Source of the DNA: Acidimicrobiales bacterium
GTDB lineage: Bacteria > Actinomycetota > Acidimicrobiia > Acidimicrobiales > RAAP-2
Reading direction: 5' to 3'
NCBI GenBank assembly: GCA_052326605.1
Contig: JBKQMB010000044.1
Span: 862 to 64,861 of the forward strand
DNA length: 64,000 nucleotides
Shown: positions 46,761-54,210 of the stretch, piece after piece
Layout of the letters: every line of letters starts with the position of its first letter
Numbering within the stretch: the first letter of the stretch is position 1
Notes under the pieces: generated by a model
What the model saw: the letters and a program-made list of their open reading frames with translations, nothing else
Told to the model about the DNA's origin: nothing
The model's database searches: none
Position numbers and translations under genes: made by a program

Positions 46761-46976
46761 TCAGGCGATCCCGGCCCGGCGCTCGACCAGCTCGGCGGCC
46801 TCAGTGAGCAAGGCGCACAGGTGGGCGTCCCGTGGGTTCGTGGCGGGCAGCGCGGCCAAGATGGCCCGGACCTGCTCGGCCACGTCGAGGGCCTCGGTCG
46901 CGGTCAGGCTGGCGAGGGGTCGGCCAGTGGCGGCCTCCACCACGGCGGCGAGGTCGTCGGGGTCCGGGGCGGTCAT
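46761..46976 (-). CDS. Hypothetical small protein (element backbone)
   Basis: The ATG at 46976 overlaps the stop of the upstream ORF (ATGA). The sequence is acidic and Ala-rich, with no recognisable motif. Confidence 0.4.
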   Translation of the reverse strand: MTAPDPDDLAAVVEAATGRPLASLTATEALDVAEQVRAILAALPATNPRDAHLCALLTEAAELVERRAGIA

Positions 46977-47224
46977 CGTCCACACGTCGGGCAGTGGGCC
47001 GAGGCGGCGGCCAGGAGGTCGAGCAGGTGAGCCGCGGCGGCGTCCTGGTCAGCCCGTAGACGGTCGAGCAGGCCGGTGTCGGGCGGCGGCAACAGGGCGG
47101 CGAGGTCGAGTGGTGGCCGCTCGGGCGGGGCGAATCGTTCGGGACATAGGCAAACCACACAGTGTTCCCGGTCGGACGGGTCAGTGGTCATGGCAGTGGT
47201 GTCCTCCACGTAGTTGTCCGTCAT
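46973..47224 (-). CDS. Hypothetical small Cys-motif protein (element backbone)
   Basis: CVVCLC ... CPTC. The ATG overlaps the stop of the upstream HTH gene (ATGA). Confidence 0.5.
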   Translation of the reverse strand: MTDNYVEDTTAMTTDPSDREHCVVCLCPERFAPPERPPLDLAALLPPPDTGLLDRLRADQDAAAAHLLDLLAAASAHCPTCGR

Positions 47225-47748
47225 GTCGTCGCCACCGGGGTCGGGCGGTCGGCCAGGTCGGCGGTCAGCTCGCGGCGCATCTGCTCACGATCATCGCGTT
47301 GTCGTGCCGCATCGGCGTCCCGGAACTCCTGTAACGTCGCCCACACTTCGGGGCCCGTGGGCATGATCCTGCTACCGGCCGGGATAGCATCGAGGTCGGA
47401 TCGACTCTCGGCCGGTGGGCTCAACACCCGGACCACGGCTAGGGCGTCGGTCAGCGATGCGTCGTCATCCAGACGGGACTCGACTACGGACAGGGCACGG
47501 CCCCGGATGCGGCGAGCGCGGTCGGCCTGCTCGGTCACCAGGACTGCCCGGTACTCGGCCAGAGCGTCCCGGAAGGTCGGATCGTGGTTGAACCATCGGT
47601 TGACGGCCTCCCGACTGACACCGGCCAGGACTGCCGCCTCAGTCTGTGACGACCCGGTGGCGAGGGCTTCTACGGCGGCCTGTTTCGCCGGGGTCAACTC
47701 GGCCACGGCATCGAGGACCGGCGCGTCGGTGTCATCGAGCGGGTTCAC
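47221..47748 (-). CDS. HTH-domain protein (phage small-terminase-like or regulatory HTH)
   Basis: LTPAKQAAVEALATGSSQTEAAVLAGVSREAVNRWFNHDPTFRDAL resembles the N-terminal HTH of P27-type small terminases and similar phage regulators. The assignment is tentative. Confidence 0.6.
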   Translation of the reverse strand: MNPLDDTDAPVLDAVAELTPAKQAAVEALATGSSQTEAAVLAGVSREAVNRWFNHDPTFRDALAEYRAVLVTEQADRARRIRGRALSVVESRLDDDASLTDALAVVRVLSPPAESRSDLDAIPAGSRIMPTGPEVWATLQEFRDADAARQRDDREQMRRELTADLADRPTPVATT

Positions 47749-47833
47749 GGCTAGCTCCCTCGGCGTGATCGGTCGTGATCCAGTGTGACACTGTGCGCGG
47801 GTGGCGGCTGCTGGGATCGAGGGTCAGGGGTCA

Positions 47834-48046
47834 TCATAGGTGCCGCCGGGTCCGCGTCCGGTGTGCGCGCACTCGACACGTCGTCGAGCAGCTCAGGGCG
47901 TCGGCCCAGGCGTCGGGGTCGAGCGGCTGGCCGCATACCTGGCACGTCCGAGGGCGTGGCCGTAGGTCATCCCAGAGAGCGAGCTGGGGATCGTCGGCGG
48001 TCGAGGTCTCCCCCGCCCCCGCGGGGGGGTCAGCCACCACGGCCAC
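47834..48046 (-). CDS. Hypothetical small zinc-ribbon-like protein (element backbone)
   Basis: CQVCGQPL...CSTTCRVRAHR followed by a basic tail. It runs in the same direction as its neighbours. Confidence 0.45.
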   Translation of the reverse strand: MAVVADPPAGAGETSTADDPQLALWDDLRPRPRTCQVCGQPLDPDAWADALSCSTTCRVRAHRTRTRRHL

Positions 48047-48185
48047 CAGCTACGGCGAGAGCGGCGTATACAGGCCTCTCGTCGGTCGATGGTGGCACCG
48101 TCGTGGCTTCCCAACAGAGTCCGAGGTCGAACGCCCTAACCATCGGACGGTCGGGCACTGGGTCTGACGGTCGCCATGCCCGGCG

Positions 48186-48986
48186 CTAGTCGAACTCGAG
48201 ACTCAGCCCACTCTCCCAATCCACGGTTGGCCAATCGCCCGCGGCGTCGTTCGCTGCCACAACTGCGGCACAGCAGGTCGGACAGAGACGCGGTCCCCAG
48301 TACGCCTCGACTAGACGTTGGTTGCTCCTTCCGCAGGAAGCGCATCTCGGTAGCTCGACCACCTCGGCCGCTCGATCCGACTCGTCGCCACCGGGCGCTT
48401 CTGTCTGAGGATCACCCACGGCAATGGGTTCGTGGTCGCTCAAGAAGGGGTGGCCGCTGATTTCTTCTCCACAGCCGCATCTCAGCCCATTGCTAGATAC
48501 CTCCATCCCTCTTTGCCGCCTTACCTCGTGAGCCGCCTCTATTCCCTGGTCGTTCGCGTCAGATTGCACAATCTCGACGCGGACCTGGCCCGAACTGGGC
48601 GCGAACTTGACGCCATCTGCCAGGGTCTGATTCGCGTCATCTGACGCCAACAAGGAACGGTTTCCGAGGTTCACCAGGCGGCCATGCTCGATGACCTTCA
48701 CCCGTCCTTCCGTGCCCTGATGAAACGGCACGACTGGCTCCAGTAAGCCAATACCCGCCAGTTGCACAACGACCTTCGTGACCGTCTTCCGGGAAAGCCT
48801 GGTGGCCGCAGCAAGGTCGGTGAGCGTTCCGGCCCATTCACTCGATCTGTACTCGGCCTGTATGGCCAACAGAAGAAAGACCAGTAGTTGGTTTGCCGTC
48901 AGATGGCGTTCTCTTGCGATGTCACATGCAGCGAACGGATCGACTTTGGGCCACTTCCACCTTAGCGAACCCCGTTCGCCGGTCAC
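48186..48986 (-). CDS. Winged-helix N-terminus plus C-terminal Cys clusters; candidate replication or regulatory protein of the element
   Basis: LTANQLLVFLLLAIQAE...LTDLAAATRLSRKTVTKVVVQLAGIGLLE (wHTH-like). The C-terminus has CGCG, CASCG and CPTCC. The GTG start overlaps the upstream stop (GTGA). Confidence 0.6.
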   Translation of the reverse strand: MTGERGSLRWKWPKVDPFAACDIARERHLTANQLLVFLLLAIQAEYRSSEWAGTLTDLAAATRLSRKTVTKVVVQLAGIGLLEPVVPFHQGTEGRVKVIEHGRLVNLGNRSLLASDDANQTLADGVKFAPSSGQVRVEIVQSDANDQGIEAAHEVRRQRGMEVSSNGLRCGCGEEISGHPFLSDHEPIAVGDPQTEAPGGDESDRAAEVVELPRCASCGRSNQRLVEAYWGPRLCPTCCAAVVAANDAAGDWPTVDWESGLSLEFD

Positions 48987-49243
48987 TTGCCTGTCCCCCG
49001 CCGCCGACGCGCTCTAGCCGACTTCAACGCCAACCCTGTGAAGTACGCCTTCTTCGCCGCCTCGGCACGACGGTGGCGCTCTGCCTCAGGCAGCACCCCC
49101 TCAGGGTCAACCTGGCGGTCGAAACGGTCACGGAAGGCCGCCCGTGCGTTTGCAGTTCTGGCCGCCGGATCAGCCGTCCTGGACCAGGACACCTGAGCGG
49201 CGAGACGGCCACGCAAGCTCTGCTCGGCTGGTGACATCGACAT
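48983..49243 (-). CDS. Hypothetical basic protein (element backbone)
   Basis: 86 aa, Arg/Ala-rich with a basic C-terminus. It is co-directional with and overlaps the next gene. Confidence 0.5.
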   Translation of the reverse strand: MSMSPAEQSLRGRLAAQVSWSRTADPAARTANARAAFRDRFDRQVDPEGVLPEAERHRRAEAAKKAYFTGLALKSARARRRRGTGK

Positions 49244-49336
49244 GTAGAAGCAACCCCTTCGGGTGCTCCGGGTGCCGACGCCGGAGCGAAGCTTCTACCT
49301 GATGGCCTGGCGGGCTAGTAGTCGATCACCGTTGTA

Positions 49337-49810
49337 CTAGACGCGGGGCGGGCGAGGCAAGGAACTGGCCCGCCTGACTCGTACGAGGGGTGGCGGCTCC
49401 GACATCGCCAGGCTGCAGATGGCCGACACTGGCTCTGCGAGGGGGGTGAAGTGAAGAAGAGGCAGCAGTCGTTCGGATCGCTCCATTTCGGATTCAACCG
49501 GCTGCCAGCGGATCGCGCTACCCAATGCAGCGGCACGGTCCGCGATTTGACGGACCCGAAGTTGGTCCAGAACCACCCGCCCATTGCAGCGCACGTTGCT
49601 GCACGCACACTCGCAGAAGCTGAGCGGTGCGCTCTCGCTGACTTTGGACGGATACCAGCGGCGGTCTTCGACATCCCGTTCGCTTCGCTGAGCGATGCCA
49701 GGTGACCGGAACTCGACTGACAACTTGCCACCCGGAGCCTGGAAGACACGGGCGAGTATCCGAGCGCAAGATGGACAGCCAACCTCGGCGACTTGAGATT
49801 CGGCAGTCAT
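49337..49810 (-). CDS. Cys-rich hypothetical protein translationally coupled to the integrase
   Basis: The ATG at 49810 overlaps the int stop (ATGA). Motifs are CPSC ... [10 protein letters not shown]. The alternative frame 49315..49782 looks less protein-like. The C-terminal third is doubtful. Confidence 0.45.
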   Translation of the reverse strand: MTAESQVAEVGCPSCARILARVFQAPGGKLSVEFRSPGIAQRSERDVEDRRWYPSKVSESAPLSFCECACSNVRCNGRVVLDQLRVRQIADRAAALGSAIRWQPVESEMERSERLLPLLHFTPLAEPVSAICSLAMSEPPPLVRVRRASSLPRPPRV

Positions 49811-50844
49811 AGCCGGTCCCCTGGTGAGCGGGTCTGGTATGCGGCTCTGGCTCGCTCGTCGGCCGCGCTGGCGCCGTACCGATTCAACATCTCCCTCGTA
49901 CGCCAGCCAACCAGCCGCATGAGGTCGCCCTCATTGCCGCCGTCCGCCAACCAGCGGTGTGCGAATGAGTGCCGGAACAGATGGGCATGGATGTGGCCGA
50001 TTCCCGCCTGCTTGCCCCTGCGCTCCACGATTGAGCGGATACCCGGTGTACCCAGCGGGCCGCGTATACCGAGCCACAAGCTGTCACTCGTGGCCGCGTG
50101 GGGATCCCGTGCCCGAGCGTGGATGTAGCGGTCGAGCGCCCCAGCTGTCTTTGCGCCGAACGGACAGGCCCTGGGCCGCCTCCCCTTGCCCATGACGATG
50201 GCCACCCTCGCATCGAGGTCAACGTCGTTGACGGTGAGATTGGCCAACTCAGACAGCCTCATGCCGGTGTCGAGAAACAGCCGGAGCACAGCAGTGTCCC
50301 GGCGGTCCTCCATGCTCTTGCCCTCGCAGGTAGCAAGCAGTCTGCGCAAGTCCTCGTCGGTCATCACCGGCACCGGCACGTCGGGTACCCGTGGCGGCTT
50401 CATCTTCTCCATCGGTGAGCGAGTGATTTCGCCCCAATCGACCAGGAAGTTGAACAGGGCGGTCAGCGCCCGGTAGCGGTTGTTGGCGGTGGCAGGAGCC
50501 TTGGTCTCTACGAGACGCTCGATGAATGACTCGACGTGCTCCCGGCCGATCTTGGTGACCTCGGTGGGCATCCCGGACTCGCGAAGGAAATCGAGGAGCT
50601 GGTTGGCGGCCTCCGAGTAGGTGGCGACGGTCTTGGCGCTCTTGTTCGCCGCCCGAAGACTGCGCTGGAATGACGGGATCAGCGTGGCGAGGTCGCCTAC
50701 ACTTTCGGTGGTTACCGGGTTCAAGGAAGTGCCTTTCCTGGGCCGGAAGCCCGCTGTAGTGGGAGCGTTGGCTCGCTCGCCATTCCAAAGGTTATCCGCT
50801 GAGGGAGCGTTGTGCAAGCAGGCTCCCAAGGCGGAAAACCACAA
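49807..50844 (-). CDS. Tyrosine recombinase / phage-type integrase
   Basis: SAM-like N-domain ([16 protein letters not shown]...[13 protein letters not shown]) and catalytic-domain motifs (TGMRLSEL ... HLFRHSFA ... LVGWRT...MLNRY). The true start is probably internal to the maximal ORF. Confidence 0.93.
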   Translation of the reverse strand: MWFSALGACLHNAPSADNLWNGERANAPTTAGFRPRKGTSLNPVTTESVGDLATLIPSFQRSLRAANKSAKTVATYSEAANQLLDFLRESGMPTEVTKIGREHVESFIERLVETKAPATANNRYRALTALFNFLVDWGEITRSPMEKMKPPRVPDVPVPVMTDEDLRRLLATCEGKSMEDRRDTAVLRLFLDTGMRLSELANLTVNDVDLDARVAIVMGKGRRPRACPFGAKTAGALDRYIHARARDPHAATSDSLWLGIRGPLGTPGIRSIVERRGKQAGIGHIHAHLFRHSFAHRWLADGGNEGDLMRLVGWRTREMLNRYGASAADERARAAYQTRSPGDRL

Positions 50845-50870
50845 AAGGCCAGTTCACTGGCTATTTTTAC

Positions 50871-50944
50871 CGGGAAGTAGCGCAGCTTGGCAGCGCGCCT
50901 GCTTTGGGAGCAGGAGGTCGCGGGTTCAAATCCCGTCTTCCCGA
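50871..50944 (+). tRNA. tRNA-Pro (anticodon UGG); its 5' 39 nt form attR
   Basis: Acceptor stem CGGGAAG/CTTCCCG, D arm GCGC-AGCTTGGCA-GCGC, anticodon stem-loop CCTGC-TTTGGGA-GCAGG, T arm GCGGG-TTCAAAT-CCCGT, discriminator A. CCA is not encoded. Confidence 0.95.
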
Positions 50945-50981
50945 CACGGCGGATGGCGCTCGCGGCGAACGGCCGCGGGTC

Positions 50982-52781
50982 TCAGGCGCTGACCTGCAGG
51001 CCGAAGGCGGCGATGAGGTCCGCGGCCGGGAGCGGCCTCGAGAAGAGGAACCCCTGGGCGAAGTCGCAGCCGAGGGACCGGAGCGCGTCCAACTGCTGTT
51101 CGGTCTCCACGCCCTCGGCCACCACCTTGAGGCCCAGCGCATGGGCGAGGTTGATCACCGCTGACACGATCTCCTCGCCCTCGCCGCCGGCACCGGCGCC
51201 GAGGTCCTCGACGAAATTGCTGTCCACCTTCAGGATGTCCAAGGGAAAGCGCCGCAGGTAGCTGAGCGACGAGTAGCCGGTGCCGAAATCGTCGATGGCC
51301 AGCAGCACCCCGATGTCCTTCAGGGCGCGCAGGACCAGCAGGGCCGAGGCCGCGTCAGCCATCAGGGCGGTCTCGGTGATCTCGAGGGTCAGGTGCCCGG
51401 GGGGCAGACCGGTGCGGCTGAGGATCCCCTCGACCGTGCTCACGATGTGCGGGTCGTCGATCTGGCGGGCCGAGATGTTCACCTCCACCGTGCCTCGCGG
51501 TCCGGTGCGGCCCTCGCGCTGCCAGTCGCGGAGCTGATGACAGGCCTCCTCGAGCACCCATGCCCCGATCGGGATGATCAGCCCGCTCTCCTCGGCCACC
51601 GGGATGAACCGGCAGGGGGAGACCAGGCCCTGGGAGGGATGTTGCCATCGGACGAGCGCCTCCATGCCCACCGTGGTGAGCTCCCCGAGTTCTACCACCG
51701 GCTGGTAGTGGAGCATCAGCTCGCTGCGCTCGAGGGCCCGGTGCAGCGAGTGCTCGGTGGTCATCCGATCGACGACCTCGATCCGCATGGACTCGCCGAA
51801 GGTCTCGACCCTCGATCCTCCCCGCTGCTTGGCCCGGTACATGGCGGCCTCGGCGTTGGACAACAGCGTTGACGGGTCGTCGACCCCGAACGTGTTGAGG
51901 GCGACACCGACCGACGCATCGAGAAACACCTCGGACCCTGCGACGTCGAACGGCTCGGCCAGCGCCAGGCGCGCCCGCTCGATGAAGGCCGACGCGACGT
52001 CCCCGACCGGACCGTCCCCGCTCCAAAAGAGGGCCAGGAATTCGTCTCCGCCGAAGCGGGCGAAGAGCTCGGCGTCGCCGGCGGCGCGCCGCAGGCGCTC
52101 GGCGACCGCAGCCAGCACCCGGTCACCGGCCTCGTGGCCCACGGAGTTGTTGATGGCCTTGAAGCGGTCAAGATCGAGCAGCACCACCGCAACCGCACCT
52201 GGGATGCCGCCCGCCGTGGCCACCGCACGCGCCAGCCGCGACTCGAAATGCACTCGATTCGGCAGTCCGGTCAGCCTGTCGTGCAGGTCCGCATGGGACA
52301 GCGGCTCACCAGAAGATGCACTCCCCCGGCCGTCGTAGAGGAAACCGGCGATGCCGCCGGACGCCCCACTACCGACGGTGAACAACAGCCCGTCGGCGAC
52401 GATCCGGTGCCCCTGCTTGTGCAGCAACTCGACCTTCCGCCGGACACCTTCGCCCGAGCGCACCCCCCGCCACCCGAGTTCGGCGATCTCAACGTCGAGC
52501 GCTCCCTTGCGCGCCCGGACGAACGGAGACGGTCCGATGCACTCGGGGAGGGCGGTCTGGGTGATTTCCCTACCGATCACCTCGTGGCGCCTCCACCCGA
52601 GCACCTGCTCGGCACGCGGGTTCCACTGGGTGACCATGCCGGCACCGTTCACCTCGAGGTAGGCGTCGCGGCAGAAGGCGACCAGCTGGGCAAAGCCATC
52701 GGGTCCGACCGGCAACCGGGGCGATGGCCCCCGTTTTGGCTTGCTCACTCTTGCCCGCGCTTGGTCACGGCGAACCGCCAC
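50982..52781 (-). CDS. PAS-GGDEF-EAL c-di-GMP turnover protein
   Basis: PAS-like region ([23 protein letters not shown]), GGDEF ([11 protein letters not shown]) and EAL ([10 protein letters not shown]...DDFGTG). The start is uncertain: there is a GTG at 52781 and the maximal ORF reaches 52976. Confidence 0.88.
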   Translation of the reverse strand: MAVRRDQARARVSKPKRGPSPRLPVGPDGFAQLVAFCRDAYLEVNGAGMVTQWNPRAEQVLGWRRHEVIGREITQTALPECIGPSPFVRARKGALDVEIAELGWRGVRSGEGVRRKVELLHKQGHRIVADGLLFTVGSGASGGIAGFLYDGRGSASSGEPLSHADLHDRLTGLPNRVHFESRLARAVATAGGIPGAVAVVLLDLDRFKAINNSVGHEAGDRVLAAVAERLRRAAGDAELFARFGGDEFLALFWSGDGPVGDVASAFIERARLALAEPFDVAGSEVFLDASVGVALNTFGVDDPSTLLSNAEAAMYRAKQRGGSRVETFGESMRIEVVDRMTTEHSLHRALERSELMLHYQPVVELGELTTVGMEALVRWQHPSQGLVSPCRFIPVAEESGLIIPIGAWVLEEACHQLRDWQREGRTGPRGTVEVNISARQIDDPHIVSTVEGILSRTGLPPGHLTLEITETALMADAASALLVLRALKDIGVLLAIDDFGTGYSSLSYLRRFPLDILKVDSNFVEDLGAGAGGEGEEIVSAVINLAHALGLKVVAEGVETEQQLDALRSLGCDFAQGFLFSRPLPAADLIAAFGLQVSA

Positions 52782-53074
52782 CGTCCGAGATGATCGATCA
52801 TCATGTACCGTCCCACCCGGTTTCCGTGGCACACGACCCCACAGGGAGGGCCGTGTCGTTGGGGAGTCATGGTAGGCACTCGCCTGCCCCACTTCAAGGA
52901 TTTGCGGTCTGCGGCACCACCTGATGGAAGTCGTCGACGCGCCGCCGCGACCGGGTGTCGCCGCGGACCACCCCACTGGGAGCAGCCCGCGCCATCTCGT
53001 TCGACCTTCCGTGTACCGTGCCTGTCGTGGTCGTGGTCACGGGCAAACTGCAAAAGGAGGCATGGGACAACCAG

Positions 53075-54076
53075 GTGCTTCCACCGGTGGAGCAGGTCCG
53101 TCCGGGGCTGTGGTCGATACCCGTGCCGATTCCGGACAATCCACTCCGTTACGTGCTCGTCTACGCTCTCGAACTCGATGGCGGAGGCGTGGCCCTGGTC
53201 GACGCCGGGTGGGATACCGACGAGGCGTGGCTCGCGCTGGAGGGCGGGCTTTCCGCGGCAGGCGGGAGCATCTCCGACGTCAGCGCCGTGCTGGTCACCC
53301 ACATCCACCCTGACCACTACGGGCTGGCCGGTAGGGTCCGCGAAGTGTCCGGCGCCTGGATCGGGCTGCACCCGGACGACGCCGTGATGCTCGAGGCCCG
53401 CTACGGCGACACCGATGAGCTCCTCTCGGACATGTCCCACTTTCTGGCTGACTCCGGCGTTCCGGCGGACAAGCTGCCCGACCTGGCCTTCGCCTCGATG
53501 GTGTTGAAGTCGATGGTGACCATGGCTGCTCCCGACGTGCTGTTCGAGGACGGGAAGGAGATCGAGCTCCCGGGTTGGTCGTTGCGCACGATCTGGACGC
53601 CGGGCCACTCCCCCGGGCATGTCTGCTTCTACAGCGACGACCGCAAGCTGCTCCTCTCGGGTGACCACGTCCTCCCGCGCATCACCCCGAACATCTCGGT
53701 GCACACCCAACAGTTCCCCAACCCGCTGGGCGACTATCTGGAGTCACTGCTGAAGGTCCAGAACCTCGGGGCCGAAGAGGTCCTGCCGGGCCACGAGTAC
53801 CGGTTCGCCGATCTGCAAGGTCGGCTCGAAGAGATCATCGCCCACCACGCCGCGCGGCTCCAAGAGATCGAGCAGGTGCTGGCCGAGCACCCCGGCTCGA
53901 CGGCCTGGGACATCACCCTCGGGCTGCACTGGTCACGTCCCTGGGACGAGATCCAGCCGTTCATGCAACGCCAGGCCAACGGCGAGACCCTGGCCCACTG
54001 CGTGCTCCTAGAACTGCACGACCGCATCCGTCGTGAAGGGAGCGAGCCCGCACTATTCTTCACGATCGACCGCTGA
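53075..54076 (+). CDS. MBL-fold metallo-hydrolase
   Basis: HxHxDH motif (VTHIHPDHYG), with a later TPGHSPGH. A GTG at 53075 lies downstream of AAGGAGG. The maximal ORF begins at 52955. Confidence 0.85.
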   Translation: MLPPVEQVRPGLWSIPVPIPDNPLRYVLVYALELDGGGVALVDAGWDTDEAWLALEGGLSAAGGSISDVSAVLVTHIHPDHYGLAGRVREVSGAWIGLHPDDAVMLEARYGDTDELLSDMSHFLADSGVPADKLPDLAFASMVLKSMVTMAAPDVLFEDGKEIELPGWSLRTIWTPGHSPGHVCFYSDDRKLLLSGDHVLPRITPNISVHTQQFPNPLGDYLESLLKVQNLGAEEVLPGHEYRFADLQGRLEEIIAHHAARLQEIEQVLAEHPGSTAWDITLGLHWSRPWDEIQPFMQRQANGETLAHCVLLELHDRIRREGSEPALFFTIDR

Positions 54077-54210
54077 CGCAGCCCCCGGGTCGGTGCCCCG
54101 GGGAGCTTTTCGAGACCGTCGGCCGCCAGCCCTCCCGTGGCTGCAGACGCCCTGGCCCGCCGCACCGACACCGCAGCACACCGACACCGAAGCGCACAGA
54201 CGAGGACACC

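Larger units (their letters stand above)
40912..50909. mobile_element. Integrated genetic element (~10 kb) in tRNA-Pro, with a tyrosine integrase, replication/regulation-type small ORFs and a cargo block
   Basis: Perfect 39-bp direct repeats at both ends, with the integrase adjacent to attR. The contents are non-housekeeping and the composition is visibly lower in GC than the flanks (by eye). Core genes lie on both sides. Confidence 0.8.

Noticed and set aside
40951-50870. Interpretation of the island as a complete prophage or conjugative AICE
   Set aside because: No capsid, portal, tail, large-terminase, lysis, relaxase or FtsK/TraSA-like translocase signatures were recognisable in any frame, and ~10 kb is too small for a functional tailed phage.
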